Assembly: GCA_001938485.1 (NCBI GenBank)
Contig: MQRK01170342.1
Span: 1 to 64,000 of the forward strand
DNA: 64,000 bases
Direction of reading: 5' to 3'
Source: Girardia tigrina
Lineage: Eukaryota
Shown: one piece after another, positions 26,292-40,329 of the stretch
Layout of the letters: every line of letters begins with the position of its first letter
How positions within the stretch are numbered: the stretch's first letter is position 1
Made by a program: the position numbers and the translations under genes
Notes under the pieces: generated by a model
What the model was told of the DNA's origin: nothing
What the model saw: the letters and a program-made list of their open reading frames with translations, nothing else
The model's database searches: none

Positions 26292-27269
26292 TACAAAATG
26301 AAAACCAAAAAGTCTGATTGTATATTTATAACATAATTTTTTAATTCTTAAATTAGATTAAATTTATCAAACATTTTTGCATCACTTCATAAATTGATTA
26401 AATATATATAACTCAGGCAGTCCCAATTCGATTCCTTACGTAGGTTATTTATCCGCTTAACTTGAGTAACAAAATAATTTGATATATTTTATTCAAAATT
26501 TTTCTAGATTTAACATTTCATTATTTATTATAAATATATTTATAAATTTTTAATAAGTTATTTATAATTTTATTTACACTCAGAAAGAAAAATAATAAGT
26601 ATTTTATTAATAATGACTATTTGGTGATTTTCTAATTTCTAATTTATTAATTATGTTGAATCAGTCGAAAGCTATGAGACCTTGAGAGGGTCATTTGAAT
26701 ATTGATGTTTAGACCGTCGTAGCTTCAAAGTAATGCTTGACAAGACTTTTTACCGACAATTTGTACATTTCTGGCAGAGAATCTGAAATTATTTATAATT
26801 TTGTTATAAAACTCTTCCTATACTTAATAAAAAATGTCTGTGCTTTTAAATTTCTTGAAAAAATAAAATAAACTGGATTATCTCAAAGGATTTGGTAATT
26901 GAAGAAAAACACATTGAAAACCCTAATCTCAACTCCTAAAACATTTTCCTAATAAAGTTTTCTTTTCGTCTAAATAATCGTTTGGGGCTTATTCATGTTA
27001 ACTTGTTACCTCACATATCAACCTATAAAGAATTCATATAAGCTTGGATTCCATTCATTATCTCCAATTTTTTAAAAAAGATTGTTGAATCCCTGAATAA
27101 TTGGAAGGTTTTTGTGAAAAGCTTACTTATGGATTCTGACTATTAAACTTTTTGTTTGTTAATTAAACAAATATAATAATAATATTTTTAATCGAATCAC
27201 TCAAAAAGAAATATAAAAATAACTGCTAAGTAAGCTGTAAAAAACTATATTGTTGGCTGCTTTATTATA

Positions 27270-27410
27270 TTTGTGAGGAATATTTTAAATTTGGTATGTT
27301 GAAATTGGTTTGTTGAATTTTGTATGTTGAGTTTAGTATTTGGAAATGTGTTTCTCCCACCCAGATGGAAAATTGATATTTTGGATGTTCACGATAAATA
27401 ATTGTTCGAG
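27270..27410 (-). repeat. Dispersed repeat family Y (also ~4553, 51.3-51.6 kb, 58.0-58.3 kb)
   Basis: Reverse complement shares TTTCCATCTGGGTGG.AGA...TCAACATAC...AATTTAAAATATTCCTCACA with the other copies. Confidence 0.75.
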
Positions 27411-27726
27411 TATAATTTATATTTTAAAGTACAGCATAAGATATTTAAAAACTTAAAAAATATTAAATCGTTTCAAATTTTCATATTAAAATTTAAATAA
27501 AGTAACTAGCTTTAACTAAGTTTTGAATTAAATAAATGTTCTTTCCTTACACAAAATCTTTTTTAAATAAAATGTATATAAAATTATTACTAAAATTACA
27601 AAATTTAAACTTTAAAAATAAAATCTGAAAATAATGAAAAATTTGTTCGAATAATTATTTATTAACAAACATTAACTATGTTGATTAAAACAGCGAAATT
27701 TATGAAATACAATATATAATCATTAA

Positions 27727-28373
27727 CCGTTAATCTCATACTACTGTTTTGTCAGTTATCCTTCGCCTACCGGCCTGAGAGGCCGGTATCAATTTATACG
27801 ATATTTAAATTAGTTAAATTTAATAAAATTATCAATAATAATATTTTTCATTAAAAATTAAATTTATTACTTATATTTTATCTATAAAAATATGTTAATT
27901 AACTAACAAAATAAACTTAATATAAATAAACTTAAATAATAAATAAAACAATAATTAAAATGATAAATAAAATAAGTTGTTGATTTTAAATATTTTAAAT
28001 ATTGATTTTAATTGTTGATTAATAAATATATATACCGGTATATAAAATAACGACACTTAAAAATTTCAAAAACTGACACAGACACTTTCAGCGAAGAACA
28101 AACGACAACTGATTCTCGACGGCCGCAGCGGCCGTTAAAGAGAGGATGTCGGATTTTTTTATAAACGCGTGTAAGNNNNNNNNNNNNNNNNNNNNNNNNN
28201 NNNNNNNNNNNNNNNNNNNNNNNNNNNNNNNNNNNNNNNNNNNNNNNNNNNNNNNNNNNNNNNNNNNNNNNNNNNNNNNNNNNNNNNNNNNNNNNNNNNN
28301 NNNATATATATATATATATATAGATAGATAAAAGTGGACACGGCCGCTCCGGCCGGTAGTATAAGGTTAACGG
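27727..28373. mobile_element. Non-autonomous piggyBac-like element
   Basis: TTAA flanks; IR CCGTTAATCTCATACTAC / GTAGTATAAGGTTAACGG; internal CGGCC..GGCCG palindromes; spans a gap. Confidence 0.72.
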
Positions 28374-28464
28374 TTAAGTACGGACAATATAATCATTCAA
28401 TAAATATTATAATTGTTTAATTTCAAGATTATCATTTAAAGATTTTTGAATAGTTCTATTTTAG

Positions 28465-28540
28465 GGTTATTTCAAGTTTGACCAACGTTAAAGGAATTCA
28501 TCCGAAAAATATAATTATATTTATTGATCAGAATTATGAA
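28465..28540 (+). CDS. POMGNT1: POMGNT1-like exon E
   Basis: ttttag|...|gtaagt; VISSLTNVKGIHPKNIIIFIDQNYE resembles [25 protein letters not shown]; 76 nt, phase 2->0. Confidence 0.92.
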
Positions 28541-29599
28541 GTAAGTCTCAAAATGTTTAAAGTTATATGATTGGTAATACTAATAATAGTAAAAATAATA
28601 ATAATAATAATAATTTAATACTGTCAATCAGACCATAACACTTTGTTAATATTATGGTTTATTTCATTTTCAAAAATATTACACCATTTATAAAATCGTA
28701 AAATTTAATTTTCAAACTAATTAAGGAACGCTTTTTAATTTTTATATACATTAATTTTAAATACTTTTAATTTAATTTAATACATTAATTTAACAAACTT
28801 TTCAATTAATACAGAAATCAACAAAAAATAAGATTAATTACTCTAATTAATTAAAAAAATTTTATCTATCAACAAATATAAATTGTGATTCTTAATTTAT
28901 AGGGTTGTAAAGAAATTCTTGTTCGATTTTAAAGCATGTAATAAAAAAAACATGATTATTTTAGGAATCATCATTTATAAAACATTCAAAATAGTTGTAA
29001 TGGTGAAATGCACGTTTTTGAATACCATATGTCAAGACCATTTAGGATTAGGCCCGAATCTAGAAATAAAAGCTTCCTAAATTTCTATGAAATTCCAAAT
29101 TTCTTCTTTCCAAATTATGTATTTTATGGATGATAATTAGTTTAAATTTGAGTAGAAAAAAAGAGAAATATGACGATGTTGCAATATAGAGAATCCAATG
29201 TGCTGCAGATTATCTAGTGTTTCATGAGCTAAATGTAGACTAAAGTTGCCTTACATGTATTGAAAAGGCTGGTAAAAACTTTGCACTTGATATCGCCGCT
29301 TCTTCTGAATCGCTTCATTGAGGTAATCAAGCTGTTTACTATAAAAGTCATCAGTGATGTTAGCCCTCGAAGTGGTACTTTAATTAACACATGGCTTGGT
29401 ATTTCAGAAACACTGGTAACTGGTACTTTCAAGGGGTGAAAACTCGGCAGAAGAATTTTTTTCAACTCTCCAGAATCCGTGAGGAAGATATCACGACAAA
29501 ACGCCATGGACAAAATGCAGAGAACAAAAGTGCCCAATTTAATAATTTAATTACTAAATTATTACTAACGAAGATTACTTATTAATAATATTTAACATC

Positions 29600-30071
29600 A
29601 ATATAAGCAGAAAAACAAGTTATAATCCACAATCAAATGGGAAAATCAAGAGATTCTATAAAGAACTAAATGAAGCACTAAGAACAGTATCAAACGATTC
29701 AAACCTGTTAGAAAAGTTACTAAAACATTATTGGTGTTGAGGTATAAATCACATGAGACCCAGAAATCTTCACTGACAAAACTGACGGGAATACAAATAA
29801 CATCAAAAATAATGGACAAACAATATAATACAAACCGAAAAACAAAGGATAACAATTTAGAAAATTGCAAAGCTTACGTCATGATTTCAAATACCATGAA
29901 CTTTAAAAACAAGTAGAAAGATCCATATGATATCAAAATGCTAAGCAACAACTGCGCACTATTAAATGTAGACGGTTAAAATACATTTGTTAATTGTAGT
30001 AGACTAAAATTAATAGAGAAATAATAGTTCCAATAACTCCCGTAAGGCAGGTGTAATGACCAATAACTCTG
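29600..30071 (+). mobile_element. Decayed Gypsy integrase C-terminus and start of 3' LTR
   Basis: RFYKELNEALRT; NK*KDPYDI...VDG*NTFVNCSRLK resembles the GPY/F module; AAGGCAGG then TGTAATG at ~30051. Confidence 0.6.
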
Positions 30072-30264
30072 NNNNNNNNNNNNNNNNNNNNNNNNNNNNN
30101 NNNNNNNNNNNNNNNNNNNNNNNNNNNNNNNNNNNNNNNNNNNNNNNNNNNNNNNNNNNNNNNNNNNNNNNNNNNNNNNNNNNNNNNNNNNNNNNNNNNN
30201 NNNNNNNNNNNNNNNNNNNNNNNNNNNNNNNNNNNNNNNNNNNNNNNNNNNNNNNNNNNNNTAT

Positions 30265-30311
<47 letters not shown>

Positions 30312-31199
30312 CTTTATTTTATCTATTTATTTTTCATGACACCAAAAAGATCTCTCTGGACCAGTACCAATTGTGAAGCGATTCATTAATCCGCTATCTC
30401 GAAATGGTAGGTCCCGGTAATATCGAACATAAATAACACATATAAATTAAAATATAATACAATAATAATTACCTGGCAATAGAAATAATAAAAAAAAGTA
30501 AAAATTTTAAATTTAAATATTAATATTTACAAAAGTTACTAATATTATTTTAATCATTTTCTGACTATAGGATTAATTTTTTTTCTTGCCCATTATCTCG
30601 ACTAAATTCTCGCTTGCTCCCAGAACAATTATTATCAGATATCACTTGAACATAATGATCCGCTATTATATGAATAAATATTTCCCAAAAGAAAAGTAAA
30701 ATTCAAAGAAAATATATATTTTCAAATTTATCAAATAAATCAATCAATATCATTCATATACAATCACTAGTTGAAGGTAGAAATTCATTAGCTCCGTATT
30801 ACTACAGACATTTCTCAAACAAGTTACCTAAACTTTACGTTTGAAGTATTAAATAATTTATTATACCTTTAATCTTTTCATAATCATTGACCTTCTTACT
30901 TCATCGGTCATTGTTACTTTTACTCTTCTTTTTATTTTTCCGTTATTAAAATGATTGTCAAATATAATTATTTTACCTTAACGAATTTTTTTCTTTTTTT
31001 TATAATATTTATTAAAAGGTAGCCTCGACGACATAAATCATTATCCATTTAGGTTACCTTTTACAATAAATACAGGTATAAACAAATATTATACAAACAA
31101 ATAATTCCTGTAACAATACTTATAATTAGTTAAAAATATATTAGATAAATCATATATTAAATTTCATTCACCATGGATATTCGCAACAGAGGTCATTAA

Positions 31200-31291
31200 C
31201 ACATTGAATGCTGAGTACGAGATATCTCGTACTTCAATATTCATTAGTTAGACGCTAAGTACGAGATATTTCGTACTCAGCATTCAATGTG
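31200..31291. mobile_element. 92-bp piggyBac-type MITE
   Basis: TTAA|CACATTGAATGCTGAGTACGAGATATCTCGTAC...GTACGAGATATTTCGTACTCAGCATTCAATGTG|TTAA; a second right end CAGCAGTCAATGTG|TTAA at ~31373-31390. Confidence 0.88.
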
Positions 31292-31564
31292 TTAAATGCT
31301 AAAAAGGCGCGGCAGTAAACTTTTTTGTCCCACGCGTAGCGCGCGTAGCAGACGTTCGGTGCATGATGTCAACAGCAGTCAATGTGTTAACATATTAGTA
31401 ACGGAGAAGACTTTCTTTACGCACTTGTATTTAACAATAAATTATAAAATTCAATTTATCAATTTATCAATTCAAGACTTATCACAAAAAAGAAAACAAA
31501 AAAAATCATGTTTTTTTTATATTTTCTTAATTTATTTTGTCTTTATTATTTATTTTCATTTAAG

Positions 31565-31696
31565 GAATCCAAACTAATTGTTGATCTTTTTAAACTAAAA
31601 CTAATTCGAGTTCGTCTTCAAAGTAACATTGATACATTATCAAAGGATTCTTACAAATTCAGAACTGCCATTGCAAATGCTTTTCGGCGCTTTAAT
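31565..31696 (+). CDS. POMGNT1: POMGNT1-like exon F
   Basis: tttaag|...|gtgagt; ESKLIVDLFKLK...YKFRTAIANAFRRFN resembles EPMDVVALFGLR...HYKASLTATFNLFP; 132 nt, phase 0->0. Confidence 0.88.
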
Positions 31697-32219
31697 GTGA
31701 GTTGTGTTATTTAATGCATTAGTCTACTTTTTTGTTTTATAAATACTAAATAAATTATTCCATCAAACGTATGAGTAAAAGTAGAAATGTATCAATAAAA
31801 TGGCCTTTGCATAATTAGATAAATTACTTTATTCTTATGAGACAGAGCATTGAAAACTAAATATATATTTAAGATACATTTGGCGTTTAAAAAGCATGTC
31901 TTAACAATACGAGATTCCTTTGTTTTTTTTAAATCGCAAATAAATGTTGTTTTGTCTTCAATTCGAGCAATACTTTATTGTCAAAGACATAATAGTTAAT
32001 TTCACGGCGAATTTTATATCTTTTACGATGAGAAATTTTTAAAAATATAATAATAAATAATTAAATAATTAAATTAAATAATAATTAAATAATTAATTAA
32101 ATAATTAAATAATATAATTTCATTTTATAATATATTTCGGATTTTATGATTACGGAAATATTTAAACAAAATAAAATTTTCATGAAAATTTGTTTTATAC
32201 ATTTTATTGGCTAATAAAT

Positions 32220-32430
32220 GTGTTTGGAACATCTCCAACATTATCGATATTGAAAGACGACATCGATTTTCAAGTTTTTAATAATCCAAAAATATACTAA
32301 TACTCTTTATTTAGACAAATTTAATCGAAATTAAATTCATTTATTATTTGTTTTAATTTTTTATAAACGATTTGTTTCATAAATCTCAAACCGGTATAAT
32401 AAAATAAATATAGTATTGATAATTCATTTT
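32220..32430 (+). repeat. Left arm of a ~210-bp inverted repeat pair
   Basis: Reverse complement of 35883-36095 (AAAGACGACATCGATTTT, CTCAAACCGGTATAAT). Confidence 0.85.
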
Positions 32431-33984
32431 ACCTTTTTTTATTTCACACGAATAAATAATTTAATTTTCTTTCAATAAACTTCCGAAATTTCTCAATTGT
32501 AACAAAACTTTATTTTACTTCTTGACTTTTTAAAATTTAAAATTCTACTTCTAATTCAACTATGATTTAAAAAATTTTTAAAACATTGCACCCGGGCCCA
32601 TCCAGAGGTGCACCCCCACAAGATCCGTCGAAAGGTGAAAACGTTGACGACTGTTTAATAGATTTAATTTTGTCTGGAATGTCTAACAAAATGTCTGTGC
32701 TCAATTCTGTCAGGTAGCTCGAGTTTCACATGCCTCACGAACCGATTTGTCTTTTCAATTTCCAGAACTGACGATTTTCTCAGAAACTTTCTCTAAAATT
32801 TCAACCCATTGTGAACCTTTCGTCATTCAATAGTCAAGTGATTGTGATGAGGAATCCATCGAGATTGTTCTGCACAAACAGTGCCGCTCTCTGACTACCA
32901 CAGCCGGATATCAATCGATATAATTCACTCATGAAATCAGCTGTCTCAATACAGATAATATTGATCTGTTTGACGATCGATCGATAATTACTTATTGTTA
33001 TTTGCAGATTTGAGAAATTTCGTTCATTAATTTGCAAATTAATTAAAATAAATTAAATTTTGATTAGAAAACAGTTTTATTCAAAAACGATTCGAAACAA
33101 ACATTTTCTAAAATTTTTTAACACATGCAAAATTAAATGCTACAATCATATTTGAATAAACGTTCCCAATTATGCGTTATTATATTAGTGTTCATTTGCA
33201 CTCTTTCACATTCATTATTTATTATTTTATCTTGTATGATGCTTATCACTACCAGTCTTGTAGTTTCATTAAAACAAATTGCATTAGTTATACACTGGAA
33301 GTTAATAATTCCTTTTGATCATTTGCCAGTATAAATAGTGAGCATCAACAGCACCTAGGAATTTTAATTCTTCAAAAGTTTATCAAAAAAAGTAATCACC
33401 ATATAGCCTGCAATCTTTGTATGTTTCAAAACAGAATAACAACTTGAAAAGTATACTTATTGCAACAGAAAGTTCATTACTAATAACAATCAATTACTAA
33501 TAAACAATCGTTATTTACTATCCTTTTCTTGATTTAGAATTTGTTTTGAAGGTCAAATATCCTTTTAGAATGACATAAAAATAAATGAGCCCACATTAGC
33601 CATCTCTGAATATATCAGTGGTATTTTTTTATGTGTCATGACAAAATGAAAGCATGTAGATACATCAAGCTCTATGTCCGCTTAAAAACACATCAACTTC
33701 AGTAATAACAATGATCCCTTGAACATTAAAAAAGTCCATCGGCGAAGTCCAGCTTACTTCAGGTACGGAATTCAATGTCCTTTTATGGGATCTCTGAATT
33801 GCACATTAATGATGATTCTGTAGAGATTTATAAGTACATCTCTATCTTGAAGGAGTAAGTTTAACTTAAGGCAGAAACATTTTTGACAATCGAGGTGAAT
33901 TTTACAATAAGAAAATAATTCTTTCATACATTTATTATTTATATTTTCTTTTCAAATAAAATCAATCAACAAATACATTTAGAA

Positions 33985-35040
33985 GTGGCTATAGCAAAAC
34001 AACAACTGGACAACAACCGAGGAGAGACGTGTGAAAGTTATGATCACTTTCTTTTCTCACATTGAACGGAAAAGCACTAGCTGGACCCACCCTGCGACAA
34101 AGAAGGGGGATCTTCTTGATTACTTCCTAGTGTATGCAAACAAACAAGATCTTCAATGCATTGCTCGCAATGTACTCTGGATATTCAACGATCCCGCAGA
34201 TTTAGCAGAATACAGGGAAAGTCTAAACGAAAGAGGGCTTCTCGACAATGATGAGGAATTTAAACACCTGATCAAAGGAAACATATCTGAGCGACTGAAA
34301 GAGGCAATCGAATATGAGAAAGAATGTCCGAAAATGCTTCAGCCGCGCATCAAAATATTAGCTTGCACATTCCCTTGTTGCTTTAAAGAATTTATTGAGC
34401 AGAAGGAACTTCCAAGACACATTAAGAATGTACATCTGGCCACGACGCCGACGACACAGAGAGGTGGTGGTTCATTCATATGTCCCATGGAGAACTGCCA
34501 CAAAACTTACAAAACTAATGGATGGCTACAACGACATTTATTAATTGATCGTCGAATCCAAGGTAATGGTACTACGAACATCCAAGTAGTGCAAAGAGAA
34601 GAAACAGAAAGACGTACTGGACCTTTGAACTTGAACGTGGAACATGATATACCAGTGTCTGTCGGTGTAACTGAGGAAGACTGTCCAAGAGTAATCCCTA
34701 AAGTGGTTCTGAATTTTCGGCTAGATAATATAACGGATAAGGGCTAGATAATATTGCCCATTTCCCCGTTGCACTAAGTGCGCTTATACAGCCAGAAGTC
34801 TTCAGAATCACGGAACGAAGGAACATTACTGGTCTTTTCTTAGAGGGAAGTCGAAGCGTGCCCGTGTATTGAAAGCTCGCACTCTTGCATCTGAAACCGT
34901 GTGAGAGGATCAGAAAACTTTGTATTTGTCAAATGATTTCTACCCGATACAGAGTCTATAATTCACTACCCTGTGCGCCAATGCTGAGTATTATTTGTAA
35001 TGTACAGTTATTCGTAACAGTCGGGGGAGGCTTATATGTA
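33985..35040 (+). mobile_element. Internally deleted RTE-like LINE: APE C-terminus fused to C2H2 zinc fingers
   Basis: ORF 34031-34747: TFFSH..KSTSWTHPATKK.DLLDYFLV (RTE APE motif), then CTFPCC..RHIKNVH and CPMENC..LQRH; a third finger CPFPRC..NHGTKEH follows a frameshift at a GGCTAGATAATAT duplication. Confidence 0.75.
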
Positions 35041-35882
35041 TTATAAAACAATAAGTCTTTTAGAGCACAAACCTGATTAAGCTACATTTCATATAGAAAA
35101 ATAAGATTTTGTAGAACATTGATGATATCAGAGCAATCATTGTAGCGCGGTCGCAAAAAACCAGATAATTCGGTCCATTTCTAGATTTAAAAATGTGATT
35201 GACTGATGAAATATAAATACGATTTCAACGCAATATATTCATCCATAACATAAACTAGTGCAAGAAGTACACAAAATATAAACAAATAAAAAAATTACCT
35301 GTTTCAAATTTTCAACAAAAGTTATTTTCAATAAAATCGTTTTGCCTTTATCCAATACGTGAAATAGCAAAAGAAACATTGCACTTATTACCATAAAACT
35401 TGATACAATTATCATAAATCCACTGACAACAGCTTAAGACCAAAAGATTGAGTGAATTTTCAATTAGTTTCAGTGACAGTTTTCTATTTCGATTATTGAC
35501 ACTTTTAGGTGAGTTTTCCATTTCGTCAAACGGCTCGTTCGAGGACGAAGCTCAGTTCTCCACACACCAAATTAGCCGAATCTCCAAAAAATTGACAAAT
35601 TGCAAAGTATGTGTACCAAACTTGTTTTTACCATGATACCACGTATTAACTATATCAAGGAAGTTACAGTTGATACCCCATCATATTAATTTATAATAAA
35701 TGTTAAGAAATTTTAGAAAATAGTTTAAAAAGTTTTGAAATTATAGTTAAATTAAGAGTAGATTTTTAAATTTAAAAAATTCAAGAAGTAAAATAAAGCT
35801 TATATTAAGCATGTTAAATTCCAGAAGTTTATTAAAAGAATATGAAATTATTTAATTGTGGGAAATTAAATGAATTATAAAT

Positions 35883-36095
35883 AAATGAATTATCAATACT
35901 ATATTTATTTTTATTATACCGGTTTGAGATCTATGAAACAAATAGTTTCTCAAAATCAAAAAAACATAAATAAATTTAATATCGAATGAATTTGTTTAAA
36001 TAAAGAGTATTAGTGCATTTATTTGGATTAATAAAAACTTGAAAAATCGATGTCGTCTTTTAATCACGATAATGTGGAAGATGTTCCAAATGCAT
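35883..36095 (-). repeat. Right arm of a ~210-bp inverted repeat pair
   Basis: Reverse complement of 32220-32430. Confidence 0.85.
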
Positions 36096-37356
36096 CTGAC
36101 AGTAAATAAAACTTACTTTTAAAAATTCTTTTATTCTTTTCTCAATTTTTTTTCAAGTTCAAAACGTTATTTTTAACAGCATTTATTAATATAACTTTTT
36201 AATTATCAAAATATAAATAAAAAATAACAAAAAATAATCAAATCTTCTTAATTTTTATTTTATTTATATTTTCAATTTGAAATTACAGAAATAAAGAAGA
36301 GCTATTGATATGTTTTTTTTGTAAAAAAAATGAAAATATAATATATTCTTTTCTCATTTCTTTTATATTTCTTTTGTTAGCTTAATCAATTAAAACAAAT
36401 TACAAAGTGCAAAATTGTGGAAAAATATGGAATTTCACTTTGATTGAGATATATTGTAAATTCCCCAATTAGACGTCTGGGAGTCAAAGCAGATGACGAA
36501 AATTTCCATTCAATTTTTTTAAAAAAAGTTGTTTCATTTTCTTCAGACTTACCAAAATTTAAAATGTTCAATTAAACAACAATAAAACAAATTGCGACAG
36601 TTTTTTTAATCTTAATTATAGAATAAAATTATATGTCATATTTGTCTGTTAATTATAAAGTTATATAAACACGCAATAAATTTTATTTTTTGTTTACATA
36701 AAAATTTATAAGATTTCTTTAATTAATTTTATTATTATTATTATTAATTAAATATTTTATTTTATAATTTATACAATAAATTTCTATTATTAATTTTAAA
36801 TTATAATAAAAAAATAAAATAAAATATTTAATTAATTTATTATTATTATTAAATAAATATTTTATTTTATTTTTATTATAATTTGAAATTATTAACAGAA
36901 ATTAATTGTTTATAATTCGAAAATAATCTTCTATTGAGAATTTAATAATTAATGTTTTTTTTTCAAAATTGATTATATATTTATTTCAATATTAAATTTC
37001 AATTGGGATCTTAAAAATATAATTTAGATTAAATAAAATAAACCCAATTAAATTTGAAGTTCTTGTTAATTATTTTTCCCAGCATCATCCATCAAAGGAG
37101 AAATTGTTTTCTTTTAATTCCCAAAATGATACCCGGTTCAATGAAGCCAAAAAAAAGAAACTATTAATTTTTTAAAATTTTAATTCACTTAATAAAAATC
37201 ATTTTTTTCTTACGATAAATATTCATTTTTGTTAAAAAAATTTTTTCATAATTCTTTATTATTTGTTTGATTTTTACCGTTTTTATTTTACAGATATTTT
37301 AAATGTTTTTATTGAAATTAAGATTTTTGTATGTCTTCCCTTTTTATTTTTTTATA

Positions 37357-38636
37357 TATGGTTGGTCGAAAAATAATGACGGTTTGTGAGCTTTATACTT
37401 TGTTTATCTACTTTGATATGTATATAAGTTTAAATGCATTAGTGTTAGATATTATTTGTAATCTTATGCCCAGCTGTATATTCCTATAGCCATTATTAAC
37501 ATATTGCTGTTATTTTTTAGAATATTTACGGTGCTAAATTAATAATAGAAAAAATTAAAATTCGAGCAATTTTCTTGTACGTATTTAAACTGAGTCGTAA
37601 AGCAGCAGAAACGGCTCGCAATATCAATAAAGCGTTTGGCAAGGGAACAACTTCTGAGTGCAAAGTGCAACGATGGTTCCGAAAATTTTCTGATGGAGAT
37701 GAAAACCTTGAAGATGAAGAAGGTCGTGGTCGTCCAGTTACTGTGAACAACAACAATTTGAGGACAATGGTGGAAACAGATCCCCGTACAACAATCAGAG
37801 AACTTGCAGATGGGTTGGGCATTAGTCATTCAACAATCCTGGATCCTTTAGAACAACTTTGAAAAATCAAGAAACTTGATAAATGGGTTCCACATAATTT
37901 GAATGAAAATCAAAAGAACCTGCGCTATGAAATTTGTTATGCCAATCATCTTCGCAATAAAAACGATACATTTTTTTATCGTATTGTTACCTGTGATGAG
38001 AAATGGATCCTGTATGATAACCGACGTCGATCTGCACAGTGGTTGGACAAAGATGAAGTACCGAAACACTTTCCAAAACCGAAACTAACACCCCGTAAGG
38101 TTATGGTGACAGTTTGGTGGTGTGATGCTGGAATCATCCACTATAGTTTCTTGGATCCAGGTGAAACAATCACAGCGGAGAGGTACTGTCATGAAATTGA
38201 TGAAATGCATAAAAAATTGAAAACCCTTTGTCCGGGATTGGTCAATCGAATAAGTCCCATCCTTCTTCATGATAACGCTAGACCTTATATTTCAAAAGTG
38301 ACTTTTCAAAAGCTTAATGAGTTGAGCTATCCTCCACCACATATGGTTCATCCATCATATTCACCAGACGGACTTCTACTTTTACAGGCATTTGTTCAAC
38401 TTCCTACGTGAAAACAATTTCAAAAACGAAGATGATGCTCAAAATGCCTTCCAAGAATTCGTCGCTTCGAGAACCAATGCATTTTATGCTGATGGAATAA
38501 AACAACTTGTTTCTCGTTGGCAAAAATGTATTGATGCCAACAGTTCATACTTTGATTAATAAACTTTTGTTTCTGTGAATTGACACGTCTTTGAAGTTTG
38601 TGTCCCAAAACCGCCATTATTTTTCGACCAACCTAA
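37357..38636 (+). mobile_element. Full-length mariner (cecropia/Hsmar1-like), transposase pseudogene
   Basis: 1280 bp, TA flanks, TIR GGTTGGTCGAAAAATAATG.CGG; WVPHNL, TCDEKW, HDNARP, YSPD motifs; stop at 37860-37862 and a frameshift after YSPD. Confidence 0.95.
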
Positions 38637-39104
38637 TATTTTTTTTTATAATTTAGTTTAAATTAATATGTTGACCAAAGGTAATTTTTATGTTTTGAAA
38701 TTTTGATATAAAACATAAATTATTATTATTTTAGTAATTTTTAAAAATAAAATTACTCAAAGTTCTTAAAAGATAAAATGTTTAAATTTATCTATAATAT
38801 TTATATTTTTATATTTTTATTATATATAAAAGTGATTGAATAACATTCTGCAACAATGTTAAAGAGAGGCTCGTTTGAAAATTTATCAATATTATTTCAC
38901 CATTTTAAATATGTAAAACTGCCCAATATCTACACATATCCGATCTACAGACTTAATTTACGTGTTTAGCAAATATTAAAATGAACCCCTCCTCTAACGA
39001 GTTTGCTCAAAAATCCGTTTACAGAGATGCTGACCTTATTTTGTTATGCTAGAGATTAAAAAATCATTATTGTCATTTTAAAAGAATAAAACACATTTTA
39101 CATG

Positions 39105-39335
39105 ATATTGAGTGCATAAGTTCCTGCGACTTTATTTGTTGCAAAGAAAACACACAAACTTCTTGTTTAAACTGATTTGAGTTATATTCAGCTAAAGACG
39201 AACTTTCACTTTCATAACCTTCCTTAAAATGGAGTGTAAGATAAATAAAATCATTTAATCAACAAAAGCCACCAGAATGATTTGTTGCGTTTATGGAGAA
39301 AAGGAAATCAGTGAACAAACAGGATAAAATGGCTT
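39105..39335 (+). mobile_element. Mariner 5' fragment
   Basis: TATTGAGTGCATAAGTTC TIR-like start; KATRMICCVYGEKEISEQT resembles a mariner N-terminus. Confidence 0.6.
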
Positions 39336-40329
39336 TTATGATCTCATAGAACGATTCTGTTTTCCATATGATTCAGTGACGATATCAGAAAACTTTCACA
39401 CATCTCGAATTAGACATCTTTCCTGGTTGTTACAATTTCCTTCGCAGATGCAAATTCAAAATGTGGTGAATAAATACGTTTATTTAATAACCCTTGTTAT
39501 TCAGCATATTGTTTACAAAAAATAAGATCTTACGTTATAAATTACCATATATTTTTCCTAGATCTACGGATAAATTGTCACTCATTTATATATTATTTTT
39601 AGAACAGTATCAGTCTATTCGCAACTTTTAGAGTTAAAATCATTCTTATGACATCGAGAAGGAATATTTCTGAATAATTACTTTAATTTTTCATTGAACA
39701 TTTTCGTTTTTATACTATTATAATTTAGATTATGTTTGAAACTTCTAGAAAATCATTTTTATATAGAATACTCCGTCTACTTCATGGCTTTGACATGGTA
39801 TGATAAACTTATTCAGCTCCTGGAATCTCATTTTAAGTTTTACCATTCCAAACCGGTCGATAATTTGCCTTACTTCTTCATAAGAATTTTCATTGCAAAA
39901 AATAACTCTTGAAATAACTAGACATTTATAGTTTTGATTCTGAGTTCATGATAGAAGAATGTCTGTTTTTCTGTTTGTTCCTTATTAACTCAAAAACTAT
40001 CAAAACAACTGCAACTAAACTTTGGAAAATTGTTGTAATTATCTTCGAGATGGTTTCTGTTTAAAAAAAATTAATAAAAATTAATTTTGCAATATTTTTC
40101 CAATTATTTGGACAGTTTGCCAACCCTAGGGATATATTACAGCGGTGATATGGATACGCAACTGGGATGAAAAAATTATGGACTTTATTTTGGTATCAGT
40201 CTCGTTGCCATTGGATTGAAAATCATTTATCGATTTTTTTTATTTTTTTGCATATCGAGTTAAATTTAAAAAGCACTATTGTCAAGGGAATGACCTCCGT
40301 CCCCGTTGATTATCAATTTGGATTTCTTT

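Noticed and set aside
35290-35640. Esterase-like (QWIYDNC..YGN) and P-loop-like (GKTSL) peptides on the minus strand
   Set aside because: Interrupted by stops and not part of any exon chain
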